Below the pieces are notes generated by a model. It saw only the letters and a list, made by a program, of their open reading frames with translations. It did no database searches and was not told the origin of the DNA. From the NCBI GenBank assembly GCA_051362555.1, contig CM120649.1, positions 9,176,001-9,240,000 on the forward strand: a stretch of 64,000 nt of DNA, in the 5' to 3' direction. Of the stretch, positions 36,371 to 61,664 are shown piece by piece. A program made the position numbers and the translations under genes. The DNA comes from Lingula anatina (taxonomy: Eukaryota; Animalia; Brachiopoda). Numbering within the stretch: position 1 is the stretch's first letter; every line of letters starts with the position of its first letter.

Positions 36371-37785
36371 TATATTTACCCTCTAGCTGATTCGCAAGCT
36401 GATATTCATGCAGAAAATGAACCAACCGTTCGGCTGGGGGGTTACAGAAGGTGATTTAACCGAAAACAGCAACCACAGCTAGCTTGTAAAGTTTGAATCG
36501 TGTTTTAGAGTTTAAGTATCGAAGTTCAGAAAATTCTCTTCCACTGTTGCATACGCTTGCATACAAGATTTTTCAAAATTTTGTGGCCGACTAGCATACT
36601 TGTAAATTCAATAACTTTTGATCGGCTGGCTTGATTTTCAAAAAGTAAAATGTTTTGGAAAGCTCATGAATTGTTCTATCAGATAATATCATTTTAATTA
36701 TACGGTCCCTTATGATATTATCACGAAATAATTGTTAATATTTCCGTAAAGGGCAACTTCAACTCGTGGAAAAGAACTAGCGTTTTATAAAACAATGTCA
36801 TGAAATGCAAGAGCCACCTACATGTAGTTTCAGGATTGGGGAAAATAACGCGATGACTCCTGTTTTTAATGTATCATGGCACCATTATGTAGGATATAAA
36901 TATTTGAATTAAGAGGTCGGAGTCTATTAAAATCAGACCCAAATTATACATTAGAATACAGCATACATTAGAATTTCAAAATACGATCCTGGGTTTATTA
37001 TTTATTCTTAAATTTATAATAAATAACCGTGGGCTCAAGGAAAGGTAAAGCGAAGAGACGATACAGTGATTTCCATAGATGTAAACAAAACATGAAATTA
37101 AAAGTTTGTTGCAGATTTCAAAACTTCTCAATTTTAGTTAAAATAATCAAGGTATATATATATATTAAAAAGGTTCAAACAATTCATAGAAAAAAGGGTT
37201 TGGCTGACGGCAGCTAAGAAGTTATTTTTCATGTCCATTTCCATACCGGAGCAGATAACTAATTTCTCCCTCCCGTAAGAGCGAATCATCTATCCTTCGC
37301 TGCACTTGGACTTGTACATTTATTAAAATTATGAAGGTTGATTTATATAGTTAACGCGTTTAAATGATTGACCAGTCAATATAACCAGTCACCATCTTCA
37401 CCAAGTTCCATTGGAGATAAGGTATGTTCCAGAAAAAAATTACTAAAGGGGTTTAATCGTTTTTACAACAACCTATGAATGGAAAAATGAGCATATGGGG
37501 CATTTTCAGACTCAAGGCGTGTACGTAGGCTACTACTTACCTTAAATTTTCCCTGCCATCAACCCAGATGTTTTGAACAGAAACAAACCACCCTGACCAC
37601 AAAACGACAAAATTATCACATCCGTTTACTACATCGAAAAGTATAAAATATTTAAAGAAATAAACTTGTTTTCCTCTTTTTTACGACAAAGCACGGGAGA
37701 CGAACTAGAAACTATTTCCCTTAGACATATGCTGCAGGTCTTGACGCAGAAGTGAGGCATTGTGACAGTTGAGAACATATGGGAA

Positions 37786-37801
37786 TTCCGGATGACGTCA
37801 C
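37786..37801. promoter_or_regulatory. ETS/CRE-like composite motif upstream of cullin-3
   Basis: TTCCGGATGACGTCAC about 490 bp upstream of the cullin-3 ATG. Confidence 0.4.
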
Positions 37802-38289
37802 GACTCACCATTTGCATTCTGGGAATATGGCTACCTTTAAGCAATTACTACGCAGCAGAGAACTATATTGATTTTTTTTAATGTTACAAATTCCGAGACT
37901 ATAAAATGCTTCTATTCATTTTCAACTTTATGCAATGAATATTCTGACTCTCTATTATGTTTGACTTCGTCATACTATTTGATATTTGAAACTCGATATT
38001 TCGCGCAAGCACAAGGGAGAAGGTATGTGACACGGTGTAAGGCGAAAGAAGAAGATGAGGAGAAATACGACTAAATAACTTAACCATTTTGTTACTCTGA
38101 AGAGGATCGGGTCATCCTTTGGAGATCATTGTTTAGCGTTCATATCTGCTTCTTGCATGAGATTTGATTATAGACAAAATCTCACGTGGAACCCTAGGGA
38201 AATCGTGCGGGGTGGCCAAACGTTATCCTCTCCGAGTCGGACAAAATCGACTCAAATTTTTTAGGGATTGAATATAAACGTACCTCAAG

Positions 38290-50003
<11,714 letters not shown>

Positions 50004-52794
50004 GGAAATGCCGTAGCTTACAGACTATGGAATTGTAATGTGACAGTGTCACAGACAGACTTCAGTGCTCATAAGACACTTCTCATCAAAGAAGAGGAGC
50101 AACAGCAAGAGATAATTTTGTTTTATTCTGGGTCATCCCCCAGCATTTGGACATAAAGTCTGGAACTGGTGGATACATTCTGTTTGTTGGTGTTGACATC
50201 ATTACATCACTGACTGACAAGTGGATTAATGCGGTTTCCATTTAGAAATTCGTCTTTGGTGGAACTGAAGTTATATGGACTGTTATTGTGAAGGGGTCAT
50301 TGTTTCCAGTGTTAGAGAGAGTTCTTAATTTATTTCCTTACAAACCTCTCTTGTTGCCAGAGAGCAGCTAGCAAATGGCGGCTCTGCCTCCAGGTGAATT
50401 TGTTTGGGGAGTTGCAGACATGGTGATGATGTTCCACATGTGCAGCCCTTTAAAATGATATGGCGAATTGTGCCGCCCAACCTGTCAATCATATACAGAG
50501 TAATTTAGCTGCCAGTTGCCATCTTTGCTGTCGTTATTTCTTTTTGCATGCTGCAAATCAGACCAGGCCGGCCTAGGAAATCTTACTTAAAGTGTCTACA
50601 CTTAAAGTCTGTTAAATCTTGCCTCCTCACTTGTTAATGAATGCAAGGCCAATGGTTGTTTGACCAAAGGAAGTGTTACATATGCTTATCTTCATGAACA
50701 CTGGGTTGAGATTGGCTTCCTATGCCTGAACTTCAGCAATTGCTTGTGCTTTGCTCCGTAAGGATGTTGACAGTGCCATTTGATTCTGAAGCAGTGAAGA
50801 CAATTTTCTCATGGCAGGGTGCCATGTGGGATTTGAAAAAAAGAGCCCCATATAAATATATATAAATGTGTATATTTTTTGGGGGAAATTTACATGTGCA
50901 TTTTATTTCATGTGTAGATCATTAAAATATGTTGAACCTGATAATGTGTTGTGTTGAAATCCTTGTACTGACATACTTTTAGTAACATATATGTAAGTTA
51001 AGAAATTGATGAAGAATACACAAATTAGTAAAGTGCCCTGATGTTGTATTTGAAGATGATGATGTGACCACATTGCTGCTAAGACTGAGTTTGGGGTCAT
51101 TAGCACCATTGTCCCTGAGCTATGTCCGCTGCTCACTACCAGTGCCCATTTCTGTAGAAGTGCAGCAGCTGCACAAATATGACAAAGATTTAGAAGAAGT
51201 AATGACAGATTTACATCTTTCATAACAAATAAATGTGTGTTCCTAGATACACAGCATCTAAGACATTTCAGTACCCCGGACATGTGTTATCACCTTGCCT
51301 TGGTCAACTACTGAAGGTCAAAATGTGCAGACACAAGCCCCAAAATTATAAACAAAACATTGATGTATTATTAACAAAGTTATTACTACCACTAAAAACA
51401 AACCATTTCCTACATAAATGCAATTAATTATCTTTATTGCAGTTTTATGTAGCCAAATGTTCACAAGCACAACGAAGATCTTTTTTTGCTCCAATGTAAA
51501 TAAGATAAGTCCATATGACTGAAAATTGTCATTTATTAATGACAAAAACTAATAAGATATAAAGTTACAAAACTGGGGAGATAATATGACATCCCCCAAA
51601 CTATATAACTACCATAATATAAATATAATAAAGTAGGTTAATGAGTGTAACCAAGATTGGTTAAGAAAAATATGAGGAATCACAACAGCTATAGGAGCAA
51701 AAAGATGGCACAAATGAAAATAAAAGGCCATAAGATGTGAGAGAAGCTGGCTACATAAATCATATTTTTAGCTTTCTTCCAACTTAAAATCATGATCAAG
51801 TAAAAGAGCCAGAGAAATTTGTATTCCATTTAATCTGGAACTGCCCTACACACAGAGCCAAAAAGTGTACTAAATAAAGATTAATCTTATGGTGGTCTGA
51901 ACTGACAAATATACAAGCTTTTACCTAATCTTTAACAAATATATGGTCAAGAAGATTAATAAGAGAAGATAAAACATAGCAACAATTTAACCCAAATAGA
52001 CAGATCAATTTCAGTGTTGTGGTTCTGATTATATCAATAAAAATGCATTGGTAGAGTTTTAAAAAAATATAATCTATAACAATGAAAAGGATCTCTTAAC
52101 ACCACCACTTTTCATGTTTAAAATATAAAAAAAGAAAATAAAATTATTTTAATTTATAAACATTGGTTGAAGGCAGGTATCTGCTGGTATGTCAATGGTT
52201 TACTAACTAGTGTCCGATCATTCGTTATTTTGACAAATAGTGTCTTTTTAAAAGACCACTGTTCCTGAAACAAATTTCATTGTATTTTAAGGTTTGCTGT
52301 GATTAGTGAAAAGAACTAGAGCTTTAAATATGGGACACAATTGTTTACAATTGTCAAACTATTCATTCCATGCAATTTTGATATTAAAGCACAATAAAGA
52401 AACAAAGGACATATATAATATTCTGAGCAAACAAAGTGAAATGAGAGAAATAAATAGAAGAAAACAATAAGCAACGGAAATATAGATGAAAAATAGAGGA
52501 AAATATACATACAAAGGAAAATTTGCACAAAAGTCCACCATACAATGCCCGTACAATACCTATGCAATTCCCGTGCGGGGATTGCGCAATGCCATCTCGG
52601 TATGGTTACAGTCTACGGGCTTTCAATTTCAAAAACTTGTCAAAAGTCACAGCTTGAAAAAAATCGTAGACACTGCGGCGGCCTTAAATCCGTACGATCC
52701 CATCTACCTCCACTCAGACGCTGAACGAAAGGGAATTACCGACAGTATGCAACATTGGTCAAAAAGGTTGTCCTACCCGAAATTCCATGTGCTT

Positions 52795-54357
52795 TTATTT
52801 TCAGATGATCACAGCTGTATGCTGTGTCTGTACATACTGTATAGCCATCACCTGCGTCTGTCGTCGCCATCGTCGTCGCCGTGCACTTTCACCGATAACA
52901 CGATAAGTGAAAAACTGTTTTACCTTTTGGCTTGAAACTTACAGAACTGATGAATATTCATAATACGCAGGTCAAGTTCAAAAATCAGCATGATCGGGCC
53001 ATTTTTATCAAAGTTATGCTGTTTTTTCACTTTTTTCAGCTTATATGCAACACTGATAACACATTTCAAGGAAAATCGATTGGTCAATTGTCTTGAAATT
53101 CAAAGGAGTTATCAGTATTACTGAAATACAGATTAAGTTCGAAAATAAGCTTGATCGGTTAAGTTTTGGTGAAGTTATACCTTTTTTGTAAATAAGTGTT
53201 TTTTCCTCGGATTTAATTCTTAGGCATGTTAACAGTCTCATTTTTTAACTTATTAGATATGTAAAGGTGTTCTTTTGACATTTTCTGCATCTTAACAATA
53301 TTGTTAGTTGATCACATAAATGATGGTAAACCTGTTATTGTGTAATGAAGTGTCAAAAATGGAAATAAACTCATACCTTTATAGTTTGTCAGATTCAATC
53401 ATTCACTATGTTCAGAATCTCAGAATGGAGCAAATTGGACATTTAAAATTGTTCTATTGATATTTTTTCCTATGTCAACAATTTACTTAGTTGATCGTTT
53501 AAAAATAACAGGAAATCGATTATTTTGTGTTATGTAAAAAAGGTGTTGAAAATGGAAATAAATCCATTTCAATACAGTTCTCTTGTTTACATTTTGGCAT
53601 TTCAAGGTTTGACTCTGAACTTCCATGGACTTGAAAACTTTAGCTTGTCACATTTTCTGAATATCTGTGATACATTTATTTTATTATTAAAAATTGATGG
53701 TCATTATACTGTTAAGCATTATGTAATATTGCATCACAATTGAAGTTAACCCTGTTTTGGGCACTGCCGCCATAGTGACCATTAAAGCAAAACCATGCCA
53801 CTTACTCTTCTCACACTTACAGAAAAGAAACATGGAACTTGATTAATTTTTCTGGAAGTTATACATTTTTTCGCGAAAACTTAAGGTGTAACTTTAACTT
53901 CCATGGGCTATGAAAACCTGTGCTAGTCATAATTGATGGTCATTATGCTGTTATGCATTATGTAATATTGCATCAAATTTGAAGAAACCCCAATTTGGGC
54001 ACTGCCTTCATAGTGACCATTAAAGAAAAATCATGTCACTTACTCTTCTTGACATACAGATCAAATAAGAAAACCAGTTCAATTGGATTATCATTTTTAT
54101 TGGATTAATGCAATTTTCATGTGAAATTTTCATTTTTCTCGGTCTGGCACTTTCTAAGTGTGTACTTTAACTCTCATGGCCCTGAAACCTTATCCTTTTA
54201 CTTTCATCGGTATCACCTGTTGTGCATAATTAAAATTTGAAGTTGACTTTGCAGTTTAGTATAATGTATTATTGCATCAGAATTAACAATATTCTATTTT
54301 GTGAATTATTATTTTCTTCTTTTTGTCTGTACATTTGACAGCTTTGCTGCCTTGTTT
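52795..54357 (+). mobile_element. HINE/DINE-like element with internal ~240-bp tandem duplications
   Basis: 5' part shared with 46075-46193; internal repeats at about 53690-53810 and 53930-54050; 3' end tgtctgtaca plus hairpin cagctttgctg plus cttgtt. Confidence 0.65.
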
Positions 54358-54965
54358 TTTATTTCAGATACCATATCTTACGTGAATAATCGTTCAGAAA
54401 ATACCAAATAGCGGTAAAAATATTTATATTTTGTAATATTAATTCAAATTTAGAATATGCACCTCCTGTACTCTAGTGTTTGTCTGTGAGTTCAGAGGTA
54501 AAGAAATGTCTTTTAAGTTAAAAAGACACCGCCAAAGGCAAATATCACCAAATTTACACAAAATTAGCATTAGCATGTGCTCGTTAAGGGTCACGTATCT
54601 AACAGCGTGTGTGCAATTATTGTTATTATATACGTGTACAGTACGGGCATCGCATTTCAAATGTAATCTATGCTTAACCTAGGAATACGAGTAAATAATG
54701 TAAACTTGAAACTTTAGTCTACTTTTATATCCTGTCAATCATACTCATATAGGGAGCTTTTTGATAAAATCAGCCCAAAATACGCAAACACACATAAATC
54801 GTAATCCAACAAATGAACTTTTTTCTACTTTAATTGATGACTGTCAATCAAATTCGTCAAATGTAACTATCAGAATACTTACTTAAATCACTCAAACACT
54901 ATTACTAGGTTTATCTGATCTGACAAAAAATTAATATTAATCGAGTAAATTTCAAACCTTCGTTA

Positions 54966-56106
54966 GGGCCCCTTTACACTAGTCGGCGTCCTTTCTGCGT
55001 CCCTTCTGCGTTCAAAAATGTGGTCAGGACGCTCAACGGTCGCCAAAGCAATTAAATCGTGTCTCAGTGTAAAGTCGTCTGCGTCCCTTGTGCGTCCTTT
55101 GAACGACCGAATCTTGATTTTACCTGTAAAACTGCGAGCAACCTGCCTGCCTCCACTGTACGTCCCCTGTGCAACCCAATGCGTCCATTGCGATTTTTGA
55201 GCGACCATTGAACATTCTTGCTGTGTTCTCTGTACCTTCATCGGCGATCAGTGGCGTCTATTCTACGATCATTCTGCATCCTGCTTGACCGATGAGCGTT
55301 GTTTGGGCGTCCTTCTCTATATTCTAACTCATATTCTTTCATCGGTCCTAACCAGGTCATCCGATAAAGAACATTTCCAGCACACAAAACAAATTAATGG
55401 GAATAAACGCTTTAAACTATAGTGATGCAAGGTCTACATGGACTGATAAACAGTCAGACGTTCATTGTTATCCTTATAAGAAGGATGGACAGGCGCCGAA
55501 AACGAGAAAGTGTGACTGACACAACATAGAATATTTGAATCCATTTTCAAATGACGCATTCTGCAAAATGTTCTGACAATTAATTCATCTTGTAAAAAAG
55601 GGCAAAATATTCGTTTTATAATAACCTAAAAAAATGGATCGTTTCATGAATTTTAGGGTAAAAACAGAATACTGTTGCCCTTAGAATTCCTGTCTGGTGA
55701 AAAATACTTCATCACGGCCCCGTTTGAGAGTGAAAAAAATGGACGATCTTTGAGTTTTCATTCTGCAACCGAAGCGATGCTTGTGCCTCCTTTCTACGAC
55801 CGCGGCGATGCTTGTGCGTCCTCTCTGCGACCGCATCGTTGCTTGTGCGTCCTCTCTGCGACCACGGCGATGCTTGTGCGTCCTTTCTGCGTCCATTGAG
55901 CGACCATCCTCCATCGCGTTCTCTCTGCGATTGTTTTGAACATGCTCAAAACATCGCGGCGTCCATGGCGTCCTCGGCGATGCTTGAACGTTCTCTGTGC
56001 GACCTTGACGATCACTGTGCGTTCTTTGAGCGTCCGACGGCGTCCTGGCTAGTTTCATGGACGCACAAAGGACGCAGAAAGGACGCCGTCCAGTGTAAAG
56101 GGGGTT
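54966..56106. mobile_element. Non-autonomous PIF/Harbinger-type DNA transposon
   Basis: TIR (GGG)CCCCTTTACACTAGTCGGCGTCCTTTCTGCGTCC / GGACGCAGAAAGGACGCCGTCCAGTGTAAAGGGG(GTT). TTA at 54963-54965 and 56107-56109. GC-rich subterminal repeats; no transposase. Confidence 0.82.
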
Positions 56107-56409
56107 TTACTGTCGCTCGCAGCAACATCTCAAATTCTTCAATCGATATTAATTCCCTAATTTCCGTTCCGATAACACATTTTCTTTCTTTCTTCCCCCC
56201 CCCTTTTTTTCTGTTCTCTTTTTTACCTTGTCTTCTGCGTAATCATCGTTTCACTTGTTAGGCCCGTAAGCCAACTAATAAATTCACGTGCCCAAAAGAC
56301 AATTTTCTATTAAATTAGGCCTATATCGGAAATATGTAAATTGCAATCTAACGATTTAGGAAGGCCACGATACGGGGGAGTATTAGTGTACATAATACAA
56401 TAATATGAA

Positions 56410-57420
56410 TATATATGTATCGGTCCAGTCCTATGGGCTTACAAAGTCACCAGCTTTAACATTATTTATATAGCAACTTCTGTCTGACCGGAAAGCAGTT
56501 TTAACTTTAAAAAGAGAAACCTTGCTGCGCTTCTATGAAAGTTTGTAAAAAGCACTTGAGGTCTCTCTTTAACCTCATCTAGGTCATGAAAGATACGATA
56601 GCCCATTTCTACTTTTTCAAACCATTTTTTCTGATATTTTATTATAAATTGGGCAATCAAATAAAAATAATACTCATCTTCTACTTTTTTATAGAGAAAA
56701 CAGAGTCTATCTTTTAATTTTTTGTTAACAAATCGGCCTGTTTCCACATATAATGGAAGAACTCCTGATCTGAACTGGGCCATGATTGATCTTTCTGCCG
56801 GTTTTAAATTATACTTAACATAATTTTCCACTTCTAACTTTCCTTTAGACCCTTAATATGGGTTTTTTAACATGGCTTCCTTCCATACTTTCTCTTGCGC
56901 CTTGAATAATGTATCCTTTATAAAACCAACATCACAAGAAACTAATTCATTAAACAAATGCTCCAGTTCACGAACAGCTAAAACTTGAGAGACCTGGGCA
57001 CACCAATTAATGTTACCCTCTTTTGCCAAGTCATAATCTCTAAGGAAATTTTGTTTTGCGATCCTGTCGTCACTCATGTTCACAAGCCTGTTCCACAATC
57101 TTATAAGGTGCAACCATCTTTTGTACTTAGTATTCATCCACCCTATATCTCCTTCTATGGCCAGAAGAGGAGTAAATCTGTGCACCCCAAGAAATACCCT
57201 GGCGGCTCTAAACTGGATTTTATCCAGCTGCTTATAATCATTATATCCCCAAACACCTGCTGCATATTCTAGAATGGGACTAACACAAGAATCAAAAAGC
57301 TTTGTGTATGTGGAATACCCCATATACCCTTGATGTTTATACTTAGCTATTGTGGAACCCAGTGCCCTACCTGCAGCATGAGACATCACATCCGCATTTG
57401 CACAAAAATTAAGTGTATCT
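56410..57420 (-). mobile_element. 5'-truncated, frameshifted non-LTR retrotransposon (CR1/L2-group LINE ORF2 C-terminus)
   Basis: ORFs 56853-57389 (KLFDSCVSPILEYAAGVWG, IQFRAARVFLGV, RLWNRL) and 56466-56831 (AQFRSGVLPLYVETGRF, RLC, VEDEYYF) match the post-RT region and C-terminal cysteine motif of LINE ORF2. Boundaries approximate. Confidence 0.85.
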
Positions 57421-58259
57421 GTTACAATTCGCGTATAACGAGTATTTCACAGGGGATGTATCAATGCGGGGTCATGTTGATGCAACTGATCATGCAAAAC
57501 ATTACAGTGGATTGGGTGAGTGTAGACATGAACTCTTTATCAATCCCCAGTGCTAACTTATCTCACGGTTGTGGTGCTTCAAATGTTCACATTGAAGTGA
57601 AGGGAAAACGACTCACTGGTTCATCAAAAACATTGTAAAATTAGTAAGAGTGCGCTGAAATATTTCTCTATGAATTTGGTTAATTACATTTCAATATTTT
57701 CACAGAGATAATTAAGTTACAGAAGTACTGAGGCTACAATATTTAGTTTTAGATTCTGTCTCAACATGATTGTGACGGTGTCCACAAATTTCCTCACATT
57801 GTGCTAGAGAAGATAGCGAGAGGCAGCGACAAGTGATGACCCCGATTTGCTCATTTTCCTTGTAATTTCCTAGGAGTATAAAAACATGCAATCTTAAACT
57901 TACCACAAAACATTTTTATAATGAATCAAACTATTTCCAACGAATCCAACAGAAAACGTGACTTTGACAGAGAATAAGGAACTACACTCAAATTACTATT
58001 TTAGTATCGGCTCGCAACGGTTATTTTATATTCAACAATGGGCACCTACTGAATGTGCACTTAGAAAAAATCAAACGACTTGATAAATAATGTGCTAATT
58101 GAGACAAAGCAATTTGAGGATGATGCTGTTAATGCTATATATCAAACCACAGCTTAGCTAATAAACATGTCTAAAATAAATCAAATTAAGGATATTTTCA
58201 ATTAAATACATAATCAAATAATGAAACGATATGACTATAAGTTTGCCTTTACCACTTTG

Positions 58260-58308
<49 letters not shown>

Positions 58309-58315
58309 TAATAAT
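58260..58315. repeat. (TAA)n microsatellite
   Basis: Seen directly. Confidence 0.95.
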
Positions 58316-60864
58316 AGAACATTCAGCTTATTATGTTACATACATTTGTTGGGTGTCTATGCTACTTCTATTGCCACTGATTGTTTGCATAAGATAAGAG
58401 AGAGAATAAATTAATGATATACAGATGGTAATATTAATAATTGATATTAACAATTTTATATGCAGACTTGATATTTAATATGGAATATTTTATTTCTAAA
58501 GGTATGTCCAGGTAAAAATGTATTATTTATTTCTAAAACGTGTACTTCATGTGAATTGTGAGAGAAGATAAATGTGTGGACAGGTGTTTCAGTAACAATC
58601 AACTGATTGTATAGTCCGAAGCTTAAGCATTGCTGTAATACGTTATGTGTTGTGATTTCTTTGGGTAGCACTCTTTGGGCCGGTCTAAGTATGTCTTAAT
58701 ATATAGTTCGCCTGCACAGAAGATGTTGAATTTTTGCATACAAGAAGCAGATGAAACGGTACGTAAACTGAGCAGTGCAGTGTGTTACAGCATTGTTACT
58801 CTGCACCAGAATGGCATAAAAACATGCCAGACAGATTATTGTGTCGCAAGGAATGCTCCGCACAGTCTTACAGAGGTATGCCTAGACTGGTAATCTGACA
58901 CAGTGGCCACGCCCACGGCATTCAGAACTTATCACCGGTAAACAGGACCCAAATGCTCTTATGGTTTTTGCTGCTACTAATAAACAAGACCAACCAGTTC
59001 CCTTCAGATTAAGGGGCGAATTGCCCCCCCCCCCAAAAAAAAAATCCCCTTTTTAAGGCCCTTTGTTGTTACCAGACATGTTTACGCATGTAACTATACC
59101 AGAGAACCTCTGAGGAACCCACCGTGAGCAGCGAAACACCGTCTTTTGCTGCAATGATTTGGGAGCCATAAACATTTTTGGACAAAACACTGGAAGCGTG
59201 GGCTTTTCACTTATAAGGTCAGATTTAATCTGTATCTCAAACGTGGTCAAATTAGAGTTCACAGAAATTCATAAACAACGAAGTATGTGTCTCTCCCAGA
59301 GCGACATGGGGCTGTGGGAGCATCGGTATTTAGGTCGGAATTCACGTTGGTGGTAAAACCTTTTTGGTGACTATCGATAGAAACCTGAACTAAATCAAAT
59401 ACAGGAACAAAAGCCACCCGCCACCCCCATTTGCTAGAGGGCACCTGAGGAACAATTTCACTTTACGAGATGAAATTGTCCGTCACCGCAAAGCACCTGT
59501 ATTTGCAGACGACTTGCAGAACGAATGGTCTGAGCAGTTACTTTACTCAACAAGATCGCCGATTTAAAGCTAAGGCAACCTGTGGGTAGCCAGTATTCGC
59601 CGAATCAACGGCCTACTGGTCCTGCAAGTACAATAAATCTGAATCAAACTGGACGCGCTCCGACCGATACCTGGAAATAATACCATTCCATCCTCAAAAA
59701 TAAAAAAAACGGTCAGAAGGAATACCTTGCCGCTTTAAAGCCCTAGTAGCAGCCAGACGAGGCCAGATGCACCAATGACCGTTGCTGTGACTAGACACTG
59801 ATATAAGTGTCCTTTGTGAAGCGTATATATCCTTTACAGATGATAATTTGGAAAATGTGAAGATTGAAATAGCGATTTAATGATTGTTATAGGACTTAGA
59901 ATCAGCCACGTATTTTTGTTTGCTTAAAGATATAACAGCTATTCGTGATATCTATAGTTCACGATAAATACATTGTTATCAACTCATAGAAATATAATAA
60001 ATTCAATTATACCCCAAAACGGTGATTAAGGCAATTATTCTGGAATTTGTGCTTGTTATCACATCACGTGACCTCTATAGGTAGCTACACTCTGTAATAA
60101 ACTTTTTAGAAAAGAACAGGGACTAATTTTAAATGTCGGAATGGTCTCATTAACCATTGGCAATTATGGGGAAATTGTCCTTACCCCAGGAAAATTTATT
60201 TATTGGCCAAAATGAACAAATTTTATCCCTTTAATCTGGTGAATTCAATTAAAAAACGGATGTCCCTATTACAGTGAATAGATTATTTAAAGTTATTAAA
60301 ACAACACTTATATCCTATTTAAAAATAGAAAAAGTAAGTCATATTAAATGTCATGTCTGTAGTACGAAGATAACTGTAGGTTGGGGTAAAAATTACTTTT
60401 TTGGAAATCTCTCAAGGAACAGGTGATTTTAGAGGCAAAATAGGTCAAAAAGTTCATTTCTGATGAGAAATTAGAGTTAGAAGCATTCTTTAGGTCGGTA
60501 ATTTTGAAATTTTTGGAAATGTATACAAAGCATGCGTACTACATTTACAGTAGCTGTAGTAACTACAGACTTGACATTTAATATGGAATGTTTCAGTTTC
60601 AAAGGTATGCTTAGGTAAAAATGCATTCTTTTTTTAACTCCGAAAGATTCTGGCATTGAAGATTTCCATGGCAACTTCTTTGCTCTGTTGCTGGCCTCAT
60701 ACATGTAAAACAAAGGTGTATCATCCATCCTATTGTAATTATTTTCAAATATCCACTTTGTGTTAAGAAAAATTTATCTTCATTATAATTCGGATTATTC
60801 CTATCCAACCGATGTTGGGAAATCTTATGACTCCTCATTTTGATTGATCAAGACGACTGAGGTG

Positions 60865-61332
60865 TGTTGCGGATCCCACATCAAAACAAACAAACGACGG
60901 GAAATGTTCACACTTTATTTCACGCACACTGACATGGATATGGTGAAACTAAAAATAACAAAATAATGAAAGTCAAATACCAAACTAATTATACAAAATA
61001 CACAAATATAACATAAATTGAATACAAATATAAAAAGAAATAATAAATTAATTATAAAAAAAAAAGAAAACGGAAATGTTGTGCAAATGATTAACAATAG
61101 AATTGAATACAATACGTACAGAGAAATGTGGCTTTCCCGTCCAGTGTTGATCCACAAATTTTGCCTACTAAAACTTCAGACTCGACGACCTGAGCCTTCG
61201 CTCGTCAAATACAACGTGGCCGCGCCCAGAACTACTGCATACAGTATTTATACAGAGCAAATGATTTGCATAATAATAAAAGCTGACCAGTGATACGATT
61301 GTAAACGCAAATTGTTGTCATAAGCGACAACA
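60865..61332 (-). repeat. Putative 3' LTR of the BEL/Pao element (468 bp)
   Basis: Minus strand TGTTG...CAACA, directly after the purine tract AAAGTGGGAG (61333-61342). The partner LTR is outside the window. Confidence 0.72.
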
Positions 61333-61480
61333 CTCCCACTTTAACAAAAAAAAAAAAAAAAAAAATTATTTGTACAAACACACACACAAAAAATGCATTT
61401 ATCTACCTCACTATATACTCAAACAAACACATTTTCCTCATATTGTCTGTCACAAACAAACAAACAAAAATAAACAATAT

Positions 61481-61664
61481 TACTTATTCTTATTCAAATT
61501 TACTTACAATTTATTGTTTAAACAATGCCACTTAAACAATATTGTAACAATATAATACATATCTTAATAGTCTACTTATTCTTATTCAAATTTACTTACA
61601 ATTTATTGTTTAAATAATGTCACTTAAACAATATTGTAACAATATAACACATATCTTAACAGTC
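61481..61664. repeat. 92-bp direct tandem duplication covering the BEL stop codon and 3' UTR
   Basis: 61481-61572 matches 61573-61664 with a few substitutions. Confidence 0.9.

Noticed and set aside
55675-56261. Overlapping ORFs of 73-149 aa
   Set aside because: Arise from GC-rich subterminal repeats of the Harbinger-type element; no transposase or Myb motifs.
57712-57906. SLAQCEEICG resembles a Kunitz domain C-terminus
   Set aside because: No remaining Kunitz cysteines or supporting exons found.
59425-59445. CTCF-like motif (TTGCTAGAGGGCAC) in a GC-richer patch at 58700-59800
   Set aside because: Single imperfect match; no consistent exon chain or RNA gene found in the patch.
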